This document shows positions 50,590-62,910 of a stretch of DNA of 62,910 nucleotides, piece after piece (the stretch's first letter is position 1; each line of letters begins with the position of its first letter). The notes below the pieces were generated by a model, which did not search any database, was not told the DNA's origin, and saw only the letters and a program-made list of their open reading frames with translations. Origin of the DNA: Ancylonema sp. (Eukaryota); assembly GCA_050230475.1 (NCBI GenBank), contig JBFLGF010000205.1, forward strand, positions 1-62,910. The letters are read 5' to 3'. The position numbers and the translations under genes are program-made.

Positions 50590-53500
50590 TGTTAGAATAT
50601 TTTGGATAGCCATATGTTATGCGTGCTAGTCCAGTTGTTACCGGTTACTCTAACCGGGAGCAATATTCTAGTTGTGCCTGTATGCGGGGCCGGGCAAGTT
50701 TGTGCCCGGGCACGTGACATGTTTCCGACGCTTAGAGTCGTTATTTGGTCGAAGCGTCGTGACTGGTTAGTTGAGTCGTGTCAGAAATGTCCGGCATGTG
50801 CCGTTGACATGTAGAAGAGCTGTCAGTCAATGATAGGCCGACGGTCAATTGTGCCGACCGTCGGCACGCAACAATCTGTAAAGCGCATCGGGTATTCATC
50901 CCCGATGCAATCACAATTAAATAATTCGTTCCACACACGCAACTCCTGTCTCGTTGATCATCAGTGAAAGAGATCCTTTTGCGTACGGTTCGTTTTGTCG
51001 CCCACCAAAGTAATCCGGCAAGTCTAATTCACTCAAAAGCTTATAGGTTATGGGCCCACGTGCGGTCTAGTTCAGACGCCGTGTAGGTTAAAAACTAAAG
51101 GCTCCACCGCGATTTCGCTGCGGTAATCTCTCTGTGAACGGTATATTTTCTGCGCCAGTGAGCGCAAATATATTCGTATGGTTGTTAAGGTCTGCACGTT
51201 AATTCTGATATTGCGCTGCAAGTTTTTGAGCTGAGTGCTGCAGTGCAGGAATTGTGAGAACTCGAGCTGTGAGAATTTTTGTAAAGTCCTACACAATCTG
51301 CCATAATGTCGGATGTCAACCTCAATTTACTGGAGCTGATTATACAGGATGGGCCTTCAAGGTCAAATATGGGCTGGCGGACAAGAAACTGCACCGTTTT
51401 GGTGATGGATTGGGACAGTTTGCCCGACAGTGTCGCCCAGACGTAATCCTTCCATTGACACCTGATAACGAGCTGCAATTAGCCGCCAGGGGGATCGACG
51501 TGGATGTCGAAGTGTTGGTGCGACAACAGCAGATTTCCCAGCAGCTTGTGGAGCTCGAGAAATGGGACGAGGACAATCTGGCTGCTATGTCTTACATCGT
51601 GAAGCACCTGGGGCCATCGGAGCTGACGCACGTCACTGACTGCACGACAGCTGCCGGCATGTGGGATGCTCTGCGGACATTCTACCAGGTGCAGGGTGCG
51701 ATCGAGATCGCAAATACGGAGGCATTGCTGAGCGCTATCATTCAGACGGAGGCAGAGGACCTCAACGTGTACGTGAAGCGTCTGCAGCAGCTGCATCAGG
51801 ACCTTAAGAATTTGGGGGCGCCAGTATCTCCAACGAAGCAGGCGATGAACCTGCTAAATTCGTTGAACACGCATTACAGTCCGATGGTGTTTCAACGCTG
51901 ATGCCATGGTCGGAGTCGTCGCCACACCTCTTCACGATTCCACACATCGTGAGTGCGCTGCTTCGCGACGACGTGCGGAAAGAGCTGAATGACCGAAAAA
52001 GGGGGGCGCTGCCCGGAGGACACCCGGCGCACTATGGCGGACCTGGGGGGGGGAATGGAGCTGGAGGTAGCAGCAGATCTGGTGGTGCCGAGCTGGTCGC
52101 AGAGACGCTGCAGGCGTCGAATGCTTCGGGCTGCACAAATTCGGGCACATCAGAGCGAACTGCCCTTCACCAGCATCTGGCGGAGGCCATATGGGGCCAT
52201 GGAAATGTCACAGGTGCCATCAGGCAGGCCACCGAGCTGCGCAATGCCCTGCGACATCATCACCAGCAGCTGGAAATGTTGCGCACGCTACTCAGGGAAG
52301 TTCAGGGGGGGGGGAGGCAAAAGTGCAGATATTGCAACATTGTCGGGCATACAATTGAACATTGCAGAAAAAGAACATCTGACATAGCTCTAATGAACCC
52401 AGAGGCTGCTAGGAGGGCTGATGCACAAGCTAGACTTGCTCGCTTTGCTGACAAACCCTTCAACGCTTTTCGGTGCTTTCTCGTTCGATGTCGCTCCTCG
52501 TTCGATGGTGCCCGGGCAATGTCTGCTGGTCCTCACTCAGACTCCCTGATCCTGGATTCAGGTGCTACATACCACATTTTCACGGCACGTGAACATTTTG
52601 TGGAGTACACACCTACCCTGAGCACGCAGCAGGCCTTCATCACCACTGCTGACGGCTCGTCACACAAGCATGGTGGAAGGCACTGGTTTCGTACACATCC
52701 GAGTGAGGAATGGCGACGCTTTCTTTGTGCAGCCACTCAGCTCGATTCACGTCCCAACCTTTGCCTTCACCCTCGTGTCGACATCGTGCCGTCAGAAGAG
52801 GTGGGCTGAGCTTTCTACAGCTGCCCACGGGTCCAGAATTAAACAAGGGAAATGTGAAATGGGCTGATGTGTTGCAGCAGCCTAGTGTGGTCTGTCTGCT
52901 TGCTGCCACAATCGTTATGCCTGGATCTCATGATACTACAGCGAATTTGTCCACAGGCATGGTCTGGCATCACAAATTGGGTCACCCCAGTTCTGATGTG
53001 ATGTCAGATTTCGCCAGACGTGGGGACATCCCAGAGTTAAGTCAGGGGGAATTAACTGAAGTAAAGGGATGTCAGGTTTGCTGTCAGGGGAAGATGACTC
53101 AGCTCAGTCATGCTAAGGTCAGTGCAGATCTGGGGACATGCCCCAAGATGGGTCGCATTCACCTAGATCTCATTGGGCCACTGTCTGTGAGGTCAGCTAA
53201 CGGAGGGTATACATATGCTCAGACAGGGATCGAGGTATCCACACGTCTGTCATTTGTGAGTTTGTTAAAAACAAAGGATGAAGCACTGAATCGGGCAAAG
53301 GTCACTATACAATTGCTCGAGGTCCAGTCGGGTCTGCCCCTACAGTCTATTCGGACAGATAAGGGAGGGGAGTATGTGTCTCAGGACTGGATAAACTACT
53401 GTGGGGGGAAGGGTATTGATAAACAAACCACAGAAGCATATAGTCCTGAACAAAACGGAATCTGTGAAAGACTGAACCGAACATTGACAGAAAAAATGCG

Positions 53501-56500
53501 ATGCATCTTAATCTGGTCAGGTCTACCGAAGTCTTATTACGTGGCATTGTTACATGCAAACTGGTTGTGGAATAGAACACCCACTAAGTCGCTTTCTGGG
53601 AAAATTCCAATTGAAGTCTGGGAGGGGAAGAGAATGACAGTTAATAAAAGACATAATTTCGGGTGTCTGGTCCAATATTTGAAGGTTGGGGGGGAAAAGA
53701 ACAGTCAAGGGGACGGGACAAGTTTGCCCCTCGTACTTGCTTTGGTGTGTTTCTGGGGATGGCTGCGGGGAGTGCAGGCTACAATGTTTTCGATCCCCAT
53801 AGAGCTGGGGTGATATCACGCATGGACGTGCGGTTCTTTGAGGAGGTGCCGGGGTACCCGAAGCTGATGGGGGGGAGAGCTCCCCAGATTCAGGAGGCAG
53901 CAGAAAAACACTTTTTCTACCTTTTCCCCGACCCTGAAGATGAACCAGCTGCAGCAGTTGTGCCAGCAGAAGCAGTCCACCCCAACATGCCAGCAGCAGC
54001 AGTCCACCCCAACATGATGCCAGCAGCAGCAGTTCTGCAACCGATGCCAGCAGTTCTGCAGCCAATCCCAGCACCAGCAGAAGCAGCAGTCCCTGAGCCA
54101 GCAGCTGCCATCGACTATCCGCACGACAACTTCCAGCCACAAGCTGCTGAGGTCCCTAACGCCACGAGTGTGCTGTCTGACAGCCAATCAGGGATCAACA
54201 ACGAAGGAGGTGGAGATGCAGGGGAGGAGGAGGTGCAAGGAGGGGGTGCGAACCCAGATGTGGGGGAGCCCCGCAGTATAGCTGATCGGGTGATGGCTAG
54301 AAGGCGAGCCAACTTTGCCGAGTATGGGGATCTCATGTGATGTGATGGGGAGGAGTTTGATGACGCAGCACACGACAACTACTCAGCGACTGAGTGGGAG
54401 CCCAGCAGTTTCTACACTGGCTTCAACGGTCCTGTGGATCCGGGCTACGCGTGCGTAGCATCTAACAGCAACTCCTCCGGAGCCACTCACCCTCAACCAT
54501 GCGATGATGAGGCCAGACTGGACCAGTGGGACAGGGCCATTGTGGAGGAGTTAGCAGCCCTGGAGACGTTCAACACCTTTGAGGTGTGTGTGCTTCCTCC
54601 AGGTAAAAAGGCTGTGGGGTGCAGATATGTGTTAAGGTCAAAACAACACCACAGGGGGATATTGAAAGATATAAAGTCAGACGTGGTCGCACAGGGGTTC
54701 TTACAACAAGAGGGTATTGATTATAATGAAGTATTTGCACCAGTAATTGACAGTACATCTATCACCCTACTCCTCTCTATAGCAAACCAATATGACTGGG
54801 AACTGGAACAGATGGACGTAATCACAGCGTTCCTGCATGGACGTCTGGAAGAAGAAGTATATATGAAAATACCACCACGGATGTATATCAATGGGGGTGC
54901 TGAGGGAAAGGTCTTACGACTGAAGGGAGCTTATACGGTCTAAAGCAGAGTAGCCCACGTATGGCAGGAAATGTTAAAATTTATGATATCTGAAGGATTT
55001 AAACAGTGCGTAATGGACACATGTATATATATGAGGGGGGAAGCAGACAGCAGAATCATACTGGGTATACATGTAGATGATCAGGTGATCACAGGTCCTA
55101 ACGCAATGGTCGTCAAAACTTTTAAAGAAGATATGGGTAAAAAGTTCAAAGTTGTTAAGGATCTGGGTTCCCTAACCCATATCCTGGGGGTGGAAGTGAA
55201 GAGGGATAGACAGAGAAGACTGCTCACACTGGGACAGTCAGGATTCTTAAGGGGAGTGCTTGAACGCTATGGGATGCATGAGTGAATCCAACTCAAAACT
55301 TCCCCACTCGCCCCTGGAACTCAATTCACACAGAATGATGAACCAACTCCTTCCCCCTTACCCCTGAAGAAATAACAGACTTTCCGTTGGGAAAGTGGGA
55401 TCACTCATATATGCCATGAAACAAACCAGACTGGACATCGGGTTATGCACTTGGGGTTACAGGCAAAACACATGGGAAATCCTGGGGTGGCACACATAAG
55501 GGCTCTACATCAGATACCTTAAAGGGACTTTTGAAGGGGACTGTCAACCACGGACTGACGTTTGTGGGAAAAGACACATTTGAAGTAAAGGGTTACTGCG
55601 ATGCATCATGGAACAGTTGTAGCATGACAGGGAAGTCAGTCACTGGATGGGTAACCACGGTTGGGGGGACAGCACTGAGTTGGAAGTCACAGAAACAGTC
55701 AACTAGTTGCACAGAGCACTGCTGAGGCTATTGCTGCCTGTAGTGTGTCTAAAGAATGCTGTTATCTAAAGTCTCTCTTGAAAGAACTCAAATTCCCACA
55801 CCAAATCACAATCCACACTGATTCAACCTCAGCTCTCTCCATGATCCAGAATCCTGTGCAAAGACAGAAAGCAAAACATTTTAATGTGGTATATCACTGG
55901 GTACGGGAATGCCACAGCACGGGGAGACTAAAATATTGTGTATCTTGCAGGCGCAAATCAACCAGCAGAATATGCTAACTTAAAGCTTCTACCCCAAATT
56001 TTACTGGACAGACACAGCAAAAGTCTAGGTTTTGGACGGTGATACTGAACTGGGGGTGTCAGTACTTTTCTTTTATTTTTATGATCGAAGGTTTCGAATG
56101 CCATGCATGTTGGCAGTGGGTGTGTTGTTATGTTTCTTTTCAGGCAGAAGTAATGGGGAGGTACAACCAACTTCAGCTCATCCAGCTAAGTCACACTTAC
56201 CTTGCCCAAACACCTCGAAAAGACACCTCTGAAAACGTTTAAGTACACTTTGAAATCAGAAAGTGTGAATCTGCTCAACTTTAAACTTGTCATTTTGTTC
56301 TGAATTTTCGTATGTATGTCCTAAAATCATTGTTGCAAAACTTGTGTCAAAAGTTGTGGTGCTGATAGGACTTGTAATTTTGAAAAGTTTATGCTGTTTT
56401 GAGAGTTTTTCTGACTGGAAAGTGTGAAGTTTTCAGAATCGTGAAGTTGAAAAAGTTAAGAAATCAAAAATATTTTCATAAGTTTTTTTGTTTTTCGCCT

Positions 56501-57229
56501 AACTTGTGGCATTTGTTTGTATGTGCAGGGCTTCGGCCCGAAAAACGACAAAGGACATGGGATCGTCTTCTGAAGTTCCGATCGGCTTCCGATCGTCTTC
56601 CGATCGTAACGGCTGCATTTATCGATAGTTCCCCAATCCCCTAGCACGCTTGTATGCTAGGGAAGACCAAAACTGTTTTATATGTTATGTGATGGTTCTG
56701 CCATGTTTTGGCAATGACTTGGGTACACCTTTTGATGTCTGCATCTATGACAACTTTAGCATGGCATCCGAGGGGGTGTGTTAGAATATTTTGGATAGCC
56801 ATATGTTATGCGTGCTAGTACAGTTGTGACCGGTACTCTAACCGGGAGCAATATTCTAGATGTGCCTGTATGCGGGGCCGGGCAAGTTTGTGCCGGGCCC
56901 TGACATGTTTCCGACGCTTAGAGACGTTATTTGTCGAAGCGTCGTGACTGGTTAGTTGAGTCGTGTCAGAAATGTCCGGCATGTGCCGTTGACATGTAGA
57001 AGAGCTGTCAGTCAATGATAGGCCGACGGTCAATTGTGCCGACCGTCGGCACGCAACAATCTGTAAAGCGCATCGGGTATTACCATCCGATGCAATCACA
57101 ATTAAATAACAATTCGTTCCACACACGCAACTCCTGCGTTGATCATCAGTGACGGTTCGTTTTTTGCGTACGGTTCGTTTTGTCGCCCACCAAATTAATC
57201 CGGCAAGTCTAATCACTCAAAAGCTTATA
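50590..57229 (+). mobile_element. Ty1/copia LTR retrotransposon, hemivirus-type priming; LTRs 50590-51045 and 56779-57229
   Basis: ~455-bp direct LTRs starting TGTTAG and ending GCTTATA; PBS GGTTATGGGCCC 51046-51057; PPT GAGGGGGTG 56770-56778; TSD TTTTT; empty site visible in duplicate unit 2 at ~61498. Confidence 0.95.
51306..56042 (+). pseudogene. Copia gag-pol with multiple frameshifts
   Basis: Gag (FTGADYTGWAF), CCHC knuckles, LILDSGATYH (PR), WHHKLGHP, HLDLIGP, RTDKGGEY, PEQNGICER (IN), EQMDVITAFLHG, HVDD (RT), GYCDASW, KAKHFNVVYHWVRE (RH). Confidence 0.93.
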
Positions 57230-57676
57230 TTTTTTACTCCTCGAAGTTCCTTCAAAAATCGAGTAGACCCATTATCGATGATTATATTGTTAGCGGTATT
57301 CACGATTACGATTTCAAATGGTTTCTTTCGGTTTCCTTTTATCTATGGTTCATTCTTTCGGTTGGGCAATATTGTCAATATGTATGTATTGTATGTATTG
57401 TAATATTGTTAGTATTGAGGGACGGTTTAAGGTTATTAGGTAACTAATTAGGGAAACAAACTTGATTCAATTTTATTTCCAGTTTTGTTATCTAACGAAA
57501 CTGGACTTTATTTGTTAACAAATGAACACTTTTTAAACACATGACTCAAGTTTTTGTGGATCCTTTCGGACCTTAGCAGATGAAGTTCTCTGTAATCTGC
57601 GGAGTTAGCGATAATTCGTGAGACAAGACAGGCATCAGTGTCGAGACAGACGACGGTGGAAGCCCACCACTTCTCA

Positions 57677-58038
57677 GGAGGGGGTGGGCGCGCGACCGCG
57701 GGTACTTCAAGGACGGCACCGGCAGCGACTTCCGGTGCCCCGCGCACAAGTGGGAGGACAGAATGAACGGGGGGTGCTAGGTCACGTACGTCAAGGACCA
57801 CAACCGACAGTGCTTGCAGCTGCAGCTGAGGATCCGTTCGGTGGCGTTGGGGATTTTGGGAGCGGAGCAGCCACCCGCGAGGAGGCAGAAACTGAAGCCC
57901 ATGATTCGGGCGTCGCAAAATGCCGTGGCTGTGGACGTGCCTGTGGCCGTAGCTGTGGCTGTGGATCAAGAGGAAGTCACGGTAGTGCAGGCTGCTGAGC
58001 ACAACAACGCGACGGGCATCGAGGTTACAGGTGTTTAG
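57677..58038 (+). pseudogene. 5'-truncated duplicate of the WRKY-like C-terminus
   Basis: Near-identical to 48067-48428 but lacks WLKYGQK, first zinc-ligand Cys changed (TGC to GAC) and CAG to TAG at 57778-57780. Confidence 0.88.
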
Positions 58039-60622
58039 GTTACGGGTTTCGGGTTACTGGTTACTAAGTTACGGGTGACGGGTCACTGGTTACTAGGTTA
58101 CGGGTTGCAAGTTCAAGTGGAGGCTGCGTAGCGTTGGTGTGGTGTGGTGTGTAGGGAGAGTGGGACTAATAGTGTCAGAGATTCACTATCTCTGCACTAG
58201 AACTTCATTTTTGACTGATTTTGTGAAGCTCTAGTTGGGACATACTGACCTGAAGTGTGGTATGAAGCCAGGCTGCGCGGAAACAGCCTTCGTCTCTCAT
58301 GTTTAGTCCATTTAAGCTTTTTGGAGGGCGTAATGGGATAATGTTTTCTATTTTACCCAACCTAGTTCAGCACTACTCTAGAGGTAATAGCATAGTGTGC
58401 AATCAGGAATCAGACAAGGTCGTGGTCTTGACATCAAAGCCGGGTTGGCTTACGTGTACAATTGCATCATATGTAATGGTTTTTACGAGACAAGCAGTCA
58501 CTTCTTTGCACCTTTTTGCATAATGTACTTATTTTTTGTAGCAGCATGTATACATTGTTGTTTGGTTGACATACATATGTAATGTATTTCCCTGAAGTAG
58601 TCTTGATGTTGCTAGTCGGTTCACTTCAACTCCAGAATGAACTTATGACGATTGGCGTTCCTTTCAAATGTATCCCACAAGATGTCAATGGACGGGGATG
58701 TTAAAATGAATAATGTCGCAACATTGATTTGTCGACGGGTTGTCGATTTGCTATTTGTTTTCATTGATGTTGCAATAAGTTGTTGTAATGTCGATAAGTT
58801 GCTAAGTAATTGGGTGTGAGCAAATTAGATGTTTGTGTGAATGTCGGTACCAAGTTAGGGGCTTGGATTCGATAACATCGATAAATGGGGATGTTTTGAA
58901 TAGAGCGGACTTATCTTTTAGAGTCTGTCGACGTGGATATCTAGTCACACATGTCATTCTATCGATAGGGTTGGGCACGATTGTGCCAGACATTGTTCGG
59001 AGTATGTAAGTCGGCTTTCGGCTAATACTCAATAATTCTGTCTCACCAAATTGCGGCTTTTTGCAAGTGTTCTTTGCTTTGCGTGTATTTGCATGGAGAA
59101 GTCTACTATCGTTGAGTTCTAGTCCTGAACTTAGTCGATCCACTTCCAGAAAATGTCTGGAAGTCAACAAAAGGAGCCTTCTAAGTAAAGCATATTGGTT
59201 TCCAAGGTACCTCTCCGTTTGAAATAATTGGGTAGCACGAAATGCACGAAATGCAAAGTTGCAAAGTTGGCAAAGTTGCACGAAATGCAACACCCTTTCA
59301 ATTCTCTCAATTTGGGAAGGTAGTTGTAAGTTAGAGAGCCGTACAACACTACGAAATATTGTACACCGTCGTTCATTACGAGACATCACGAGTAGAGCAC
59401 ACTACCGAAACTAGGTCATTTGTACAATACCTTGCTTTGTTATGCATATACTTTTTGTAGGCCTGGTTGTGTCTCGATCCTCCGATCCATAAACACGCCT
59501 AGATCCGGATTGGAACCGGATTAGTTCAACTAAAGTTCAATTTAGAAAAAAAAAAAAAAAAAAAACCTTATAATTTCGACTTTCGCCTTATGATCGGGGT
59601 TTCGATTCAGTTCCGATCCGGGTCGGGTTCGGTCCGAATCGAAAGTGGATCGGAAATTTCTCAATCGAATCGGATACAGCTAGGGTTATCGGTGCGTATT
59701 GTTCTTACTATCACAGACAATTGTATGCGAAAAAGAGTCTTCAACTCTTGTTGAAGGTAGAGTATAGCGACAACGTTGTCGAAATCCATTCGGGTTCTAC
59801 TTTTTTTTTACCCATCTATGCTCCAAAACTACGTGATTCATAATTTTAAAACTCTATAATTACCAAATGGTCTCTAGCCACGTCAAACCTCGTGGAAGGA
59901 CATCGGAGGTTCGAGCATATACAACACCATACATCGTTTGTGTGATAATTCCTCCACGCATACTCTAAAAACCAAGATCACGCACTTCATGTCGCAAGTC
60001 AGATGGTTTTCGAAAATTCCGAAATTTCCAAAATTTCTGGGATTCTTGGATTTATGCGATTCATTTTGCTATTGTAAAGCCTGCAAGGTGGCACCTTGCA
60101 GCACCATGAAAAGCAAGAGGGGCAATATGATCGTATCATCCTGAACTAGCCTGTGGAAAATCGACTCACCTCCGCTTCTCTTATGACGTCGTCGGTGACG
60201 ACTCCTTCCTTCGCCGGCTGCGCCTGGCGATTCATAGCAATTCACGCACTTAAAATTCTCGACAACATGCGGGGTACTCGTTTCAAAACCATTATGTTTT
60301 TGAAAGAAAAAATAATTGCACGACCCGGCCCCACTTTCTCTTTGAAACCGGGGGGACAAGCTGCTTTTTAGGATTTTACACATATTCGAGGTTATGTACA
60401 TTTTCACGTCCACCAAATTTACGCTTGTGGTAAGGATAAAAAATTGCGGTTGCCAAGGTATGTATACATTTGTAGAAAAAAGAAAAAACATATTTGACGA
60501 GGATTCCATGTTCGTTTTCGTTTGATTATGCGCCACTTTGAGACTCTCGTGCGTTTTTAGTTGTCAAAATGTTCACAAGGCTCTTTCGCGTATAACGAAA
60601 ACCAAATTTCCACAATCTATTA

Positions 60623-61201
60623 CCGTACCAACCAGAGATAACGCACCAAAAAATAATCACTACTTTGCCTGGCGCACTTGTTTTTGGCGCGTACTAATTA
60701 ATTATTTTGACCACGCTGGCGCACCCTATTGGCGCAAATAAATCATTACAATCGACGAAATTTTGGCGCAACAATATTATTCAGCGAATATTCTGATCTC
60801 ATATCGAAAATTAATTTTCAATAATTACTATGTCGAGAGATGCTTGTAATGAAGAATAGCTCCACGCCCCCGGGCTTCGAGCTGCGGAACCCCAAGCTCG
60901 TGTACGGAAAGCGGTCTTCGGCCCATTTTGGAAGGTCGCTGGGATCGAGGAGCCAAGAACCAAGGGTTGAAAGCTCCCTCATGTTCCTACATAATGGCGC
61001 AAGTTGGACTGGATCATACAAATTAACAAGGAAAACACATGGCGCAACTATTTTTTTGATAATTTTTATGAATTGAAATTTGCCTGTCGCACACTCTTGG
61101 CGCGTAGTAATTAATTCAGATTTGGTTGGCGCAACTGTTTGGAGCCTACTATTAATAATTAATTTTCCGATTTTATGGCGCGTTATCTCTGGCTGGTACG
61201 G
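60623..61201. mobile_element. TA-flanked Tc1/mariner-type MITE of a second family
   Basis: TIR CCGTACCAACCAGAGATAACGC vs GCGTTATCTCTGGCTGGTACGG; TA on both sides; absent from the homologous position in unit 1 (~50292); repeated TGGCGC motifs. Confidence 0.88.
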
Positions 61202-62072
61202 TAGTGATTTAAAAGATTATTAAAGTATATGAAAGGTATGATGGATACGAAGTATATGTACTTATTGAGAAGTTATGTTTATGATGGTTTGATAAATGCC
61301 AAGCTACTGTTGCACTTGATAACAACCATTTTTCAACCTATGAATCAATAAAAAAAAAATTAAACTTCTTGAACATGGACATGATGGAAGAGTTGATGTG
61401 TGTATAGAAATGACGAGTTCCATCAACACGAATCGAAACGTTGTAGCCGCGAAAGTAAATAGCGATAGATTACCTTCGTCTTGAACTTGTAGTGTAATTT
61501 TTACTCTTCGAAGTTCCTAATAATTGAGGAGACCCATGATCGATGATGATATTGTTAGCGGTATTCACGATTACGATTTCAAATGGTTTCTTTCGGTTTC
61601 CTTTTGTTTGTTGTTCATTCTTTCGGTTGGGCAATATTGAAGGACGGTTAAAGGTTATTAGGTCACTAATTAGAGAAACGAAGTATGATTTAAGTTCGTT
61701 TCCAGTTTTGTTATCTAACAAAAGTGGACTTTATTTTCTATCAAATGAACAATTTCATAACACATAACTCAAGTTTTTGTAGATCCTTGCGGACCTTAGC
61801 AGACAATTGTTTTCTATAATTTCGGTGATCAACCATGATAAAAGATAACACGTTTATGGGGATTGTGAGCTGGTAGCGAGGCGTATTTACATGAAATTTG
61901 AAGTTAAACTTACATAACCTGTCTAAATCAATAGATTTCTCTCCCAAAAATATTTATTTAGAAAGGTTTTAAGGCAACTCGATTTCCCCACCGCTAAAAT
62001 GGTGCTATATCGAGGTCCGCTTGTAATATCGTGAGCTGACTTGTACCGTCATATCAAAAACGCAAACCGATA

Positions 62073-62620
62073 CAGTGCAGTCTTGGTATGGTGACAATTT
62101 TATAGACATGGGGATATAATGTCACTATATCGAATGCTAGGGCTGTCATTATAAACTGTATAGTGACATTTGATAGGGCGACAATAGGCAACTGTCACTA
62201 TATCGAGAGAAAGTGAAAATTATGTCGGTATTTTTGAGTGAGGTGGCTCATCTAAAACGGCGTTTGTTAAAATATCATCTCGCTACAAGAAATCCCGTCT
62301 ACATGACTAATGTTGGAACCATTATAAAAGTGAAATTAGGCTGGTTATTAATGGACGCGTCAGATTTTGGGTGACAAATCGAAATCGGGCGATATGTTTT
62401 CTGTGATGTAAGACAGGTTATTAATTTTCAAAGTATAAATTTAGACAGGTTACACCGTATAGTGGCATTGCAATATTAAAATCTGGATTATTTTGGTCAC
62501 TATAACGTGTGTCACTATAGCGATTGTCACTATATACAGGAAGTTTTCATATAGGATTAGAAAAAGGGCAAAAAAAATGTAATTATATCGAGAGTGTGTC
62601 ACTATATCAAGGCTACACTG
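62073..62620. mobile_element. Pogo-like MITE, complete
   Basis: TA + CAGTGCAGTCTTGG ... GTCACTATATCAAGGCTACACTG + TA; collinear with the reverse complement of 45567-46110. Confidence 0.87.
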
Positions 62621-62910
62621 TATTACCGTCATATCATTCATACCCATGAACTTGAAAAGCGCGCGGACAGATGGCGCCAAATTTCCTGTGTTTGATCGCG
62701 GCTTGTCTGAGCGCCCGGCCACACAACGTTTACTGAATACAGCCAGCTACTGTGAACACTGTGGAGATAGCGATAATTCGTAAGACAACAGACATCACTT
62801 TCGACACAGATGACGGTGGAAGACCAGTTGGTGCGTGCGGAAGCGACGTACATAAACGAGGTGACTATGGGATCCGGTTGTTGTCAGTAGCTCGAAAGGA
62901 TTGCATGCTG

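Larger units (their letters stand above)
48067..62825 (+). repeat. Tandem segmental duplication: unit 1 ~48067-57676 (contains the copia insertion), unit 2 ~57677-62825 (contains MITE and other insertions)
   Basis: 48067-50589 aligns to 57677-~61500; 57230-57670 aligns to ~61500-61820 and 62760-62825. Confidence 0.9.

Noticed and set aside
58696..59165. Unit-2-specific insert ending in hairpin CTTCCAGA/TCTGGAAG as a Helitron
   Set aside because: No TC start, CTRR end, TIR or TSD could be confirmed; class left unassigned.

Overview
Eukaryotic nuclear DNA from a green plant, most likely a streptophyte alga or early-diverging plant (inferred from gene content and intron style; the species cannot be fixed from sequence alone). 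Five intron-containing host genes can be spliced with GT-AG junctions: N-glycan beta-1,2-xylosyltransferase (XYLT-like), thylakoid kinase STN8, a LURP-one/Tubby-C-like protein with a long GYPPQQ N-terminus, a peroxisomal SDR ending in SKL, and U2AF35. There is also an unrecognised ~160-aa gene and an intronless, atypical WRKY-like gene (WLKYGQK) whose 3' half and downstream DNA are tandemly duplicated. Mobile DNA is abundant: a three-LTR tandem Ty1/copia structure (canonical tRNA-iMet PBS), a second copia element with TG...TA LTRs and a hemivirus-type half-tRNA PBS, non-autonomous hAT elements with CATAGT ends and 8-bp TSDs, and TA-flanked Tc1/mariner (pogo-like) MITEs, two forming a large inverted repeat. 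The most unusual signals are (i) a systematic C-rich to G-rich switch across exons with G-rich intron 5' ends and C-rich intron 3' ends, (ii) the WRKY-like locus with a single in-frame TAG, repressor-like motifs and a perfectly conserved hairpin-rich 248-bp 3' block, and (iii) two hAT elements side by side sharing a triplicated TSD. All comparisons were made by eye; no searches were run.
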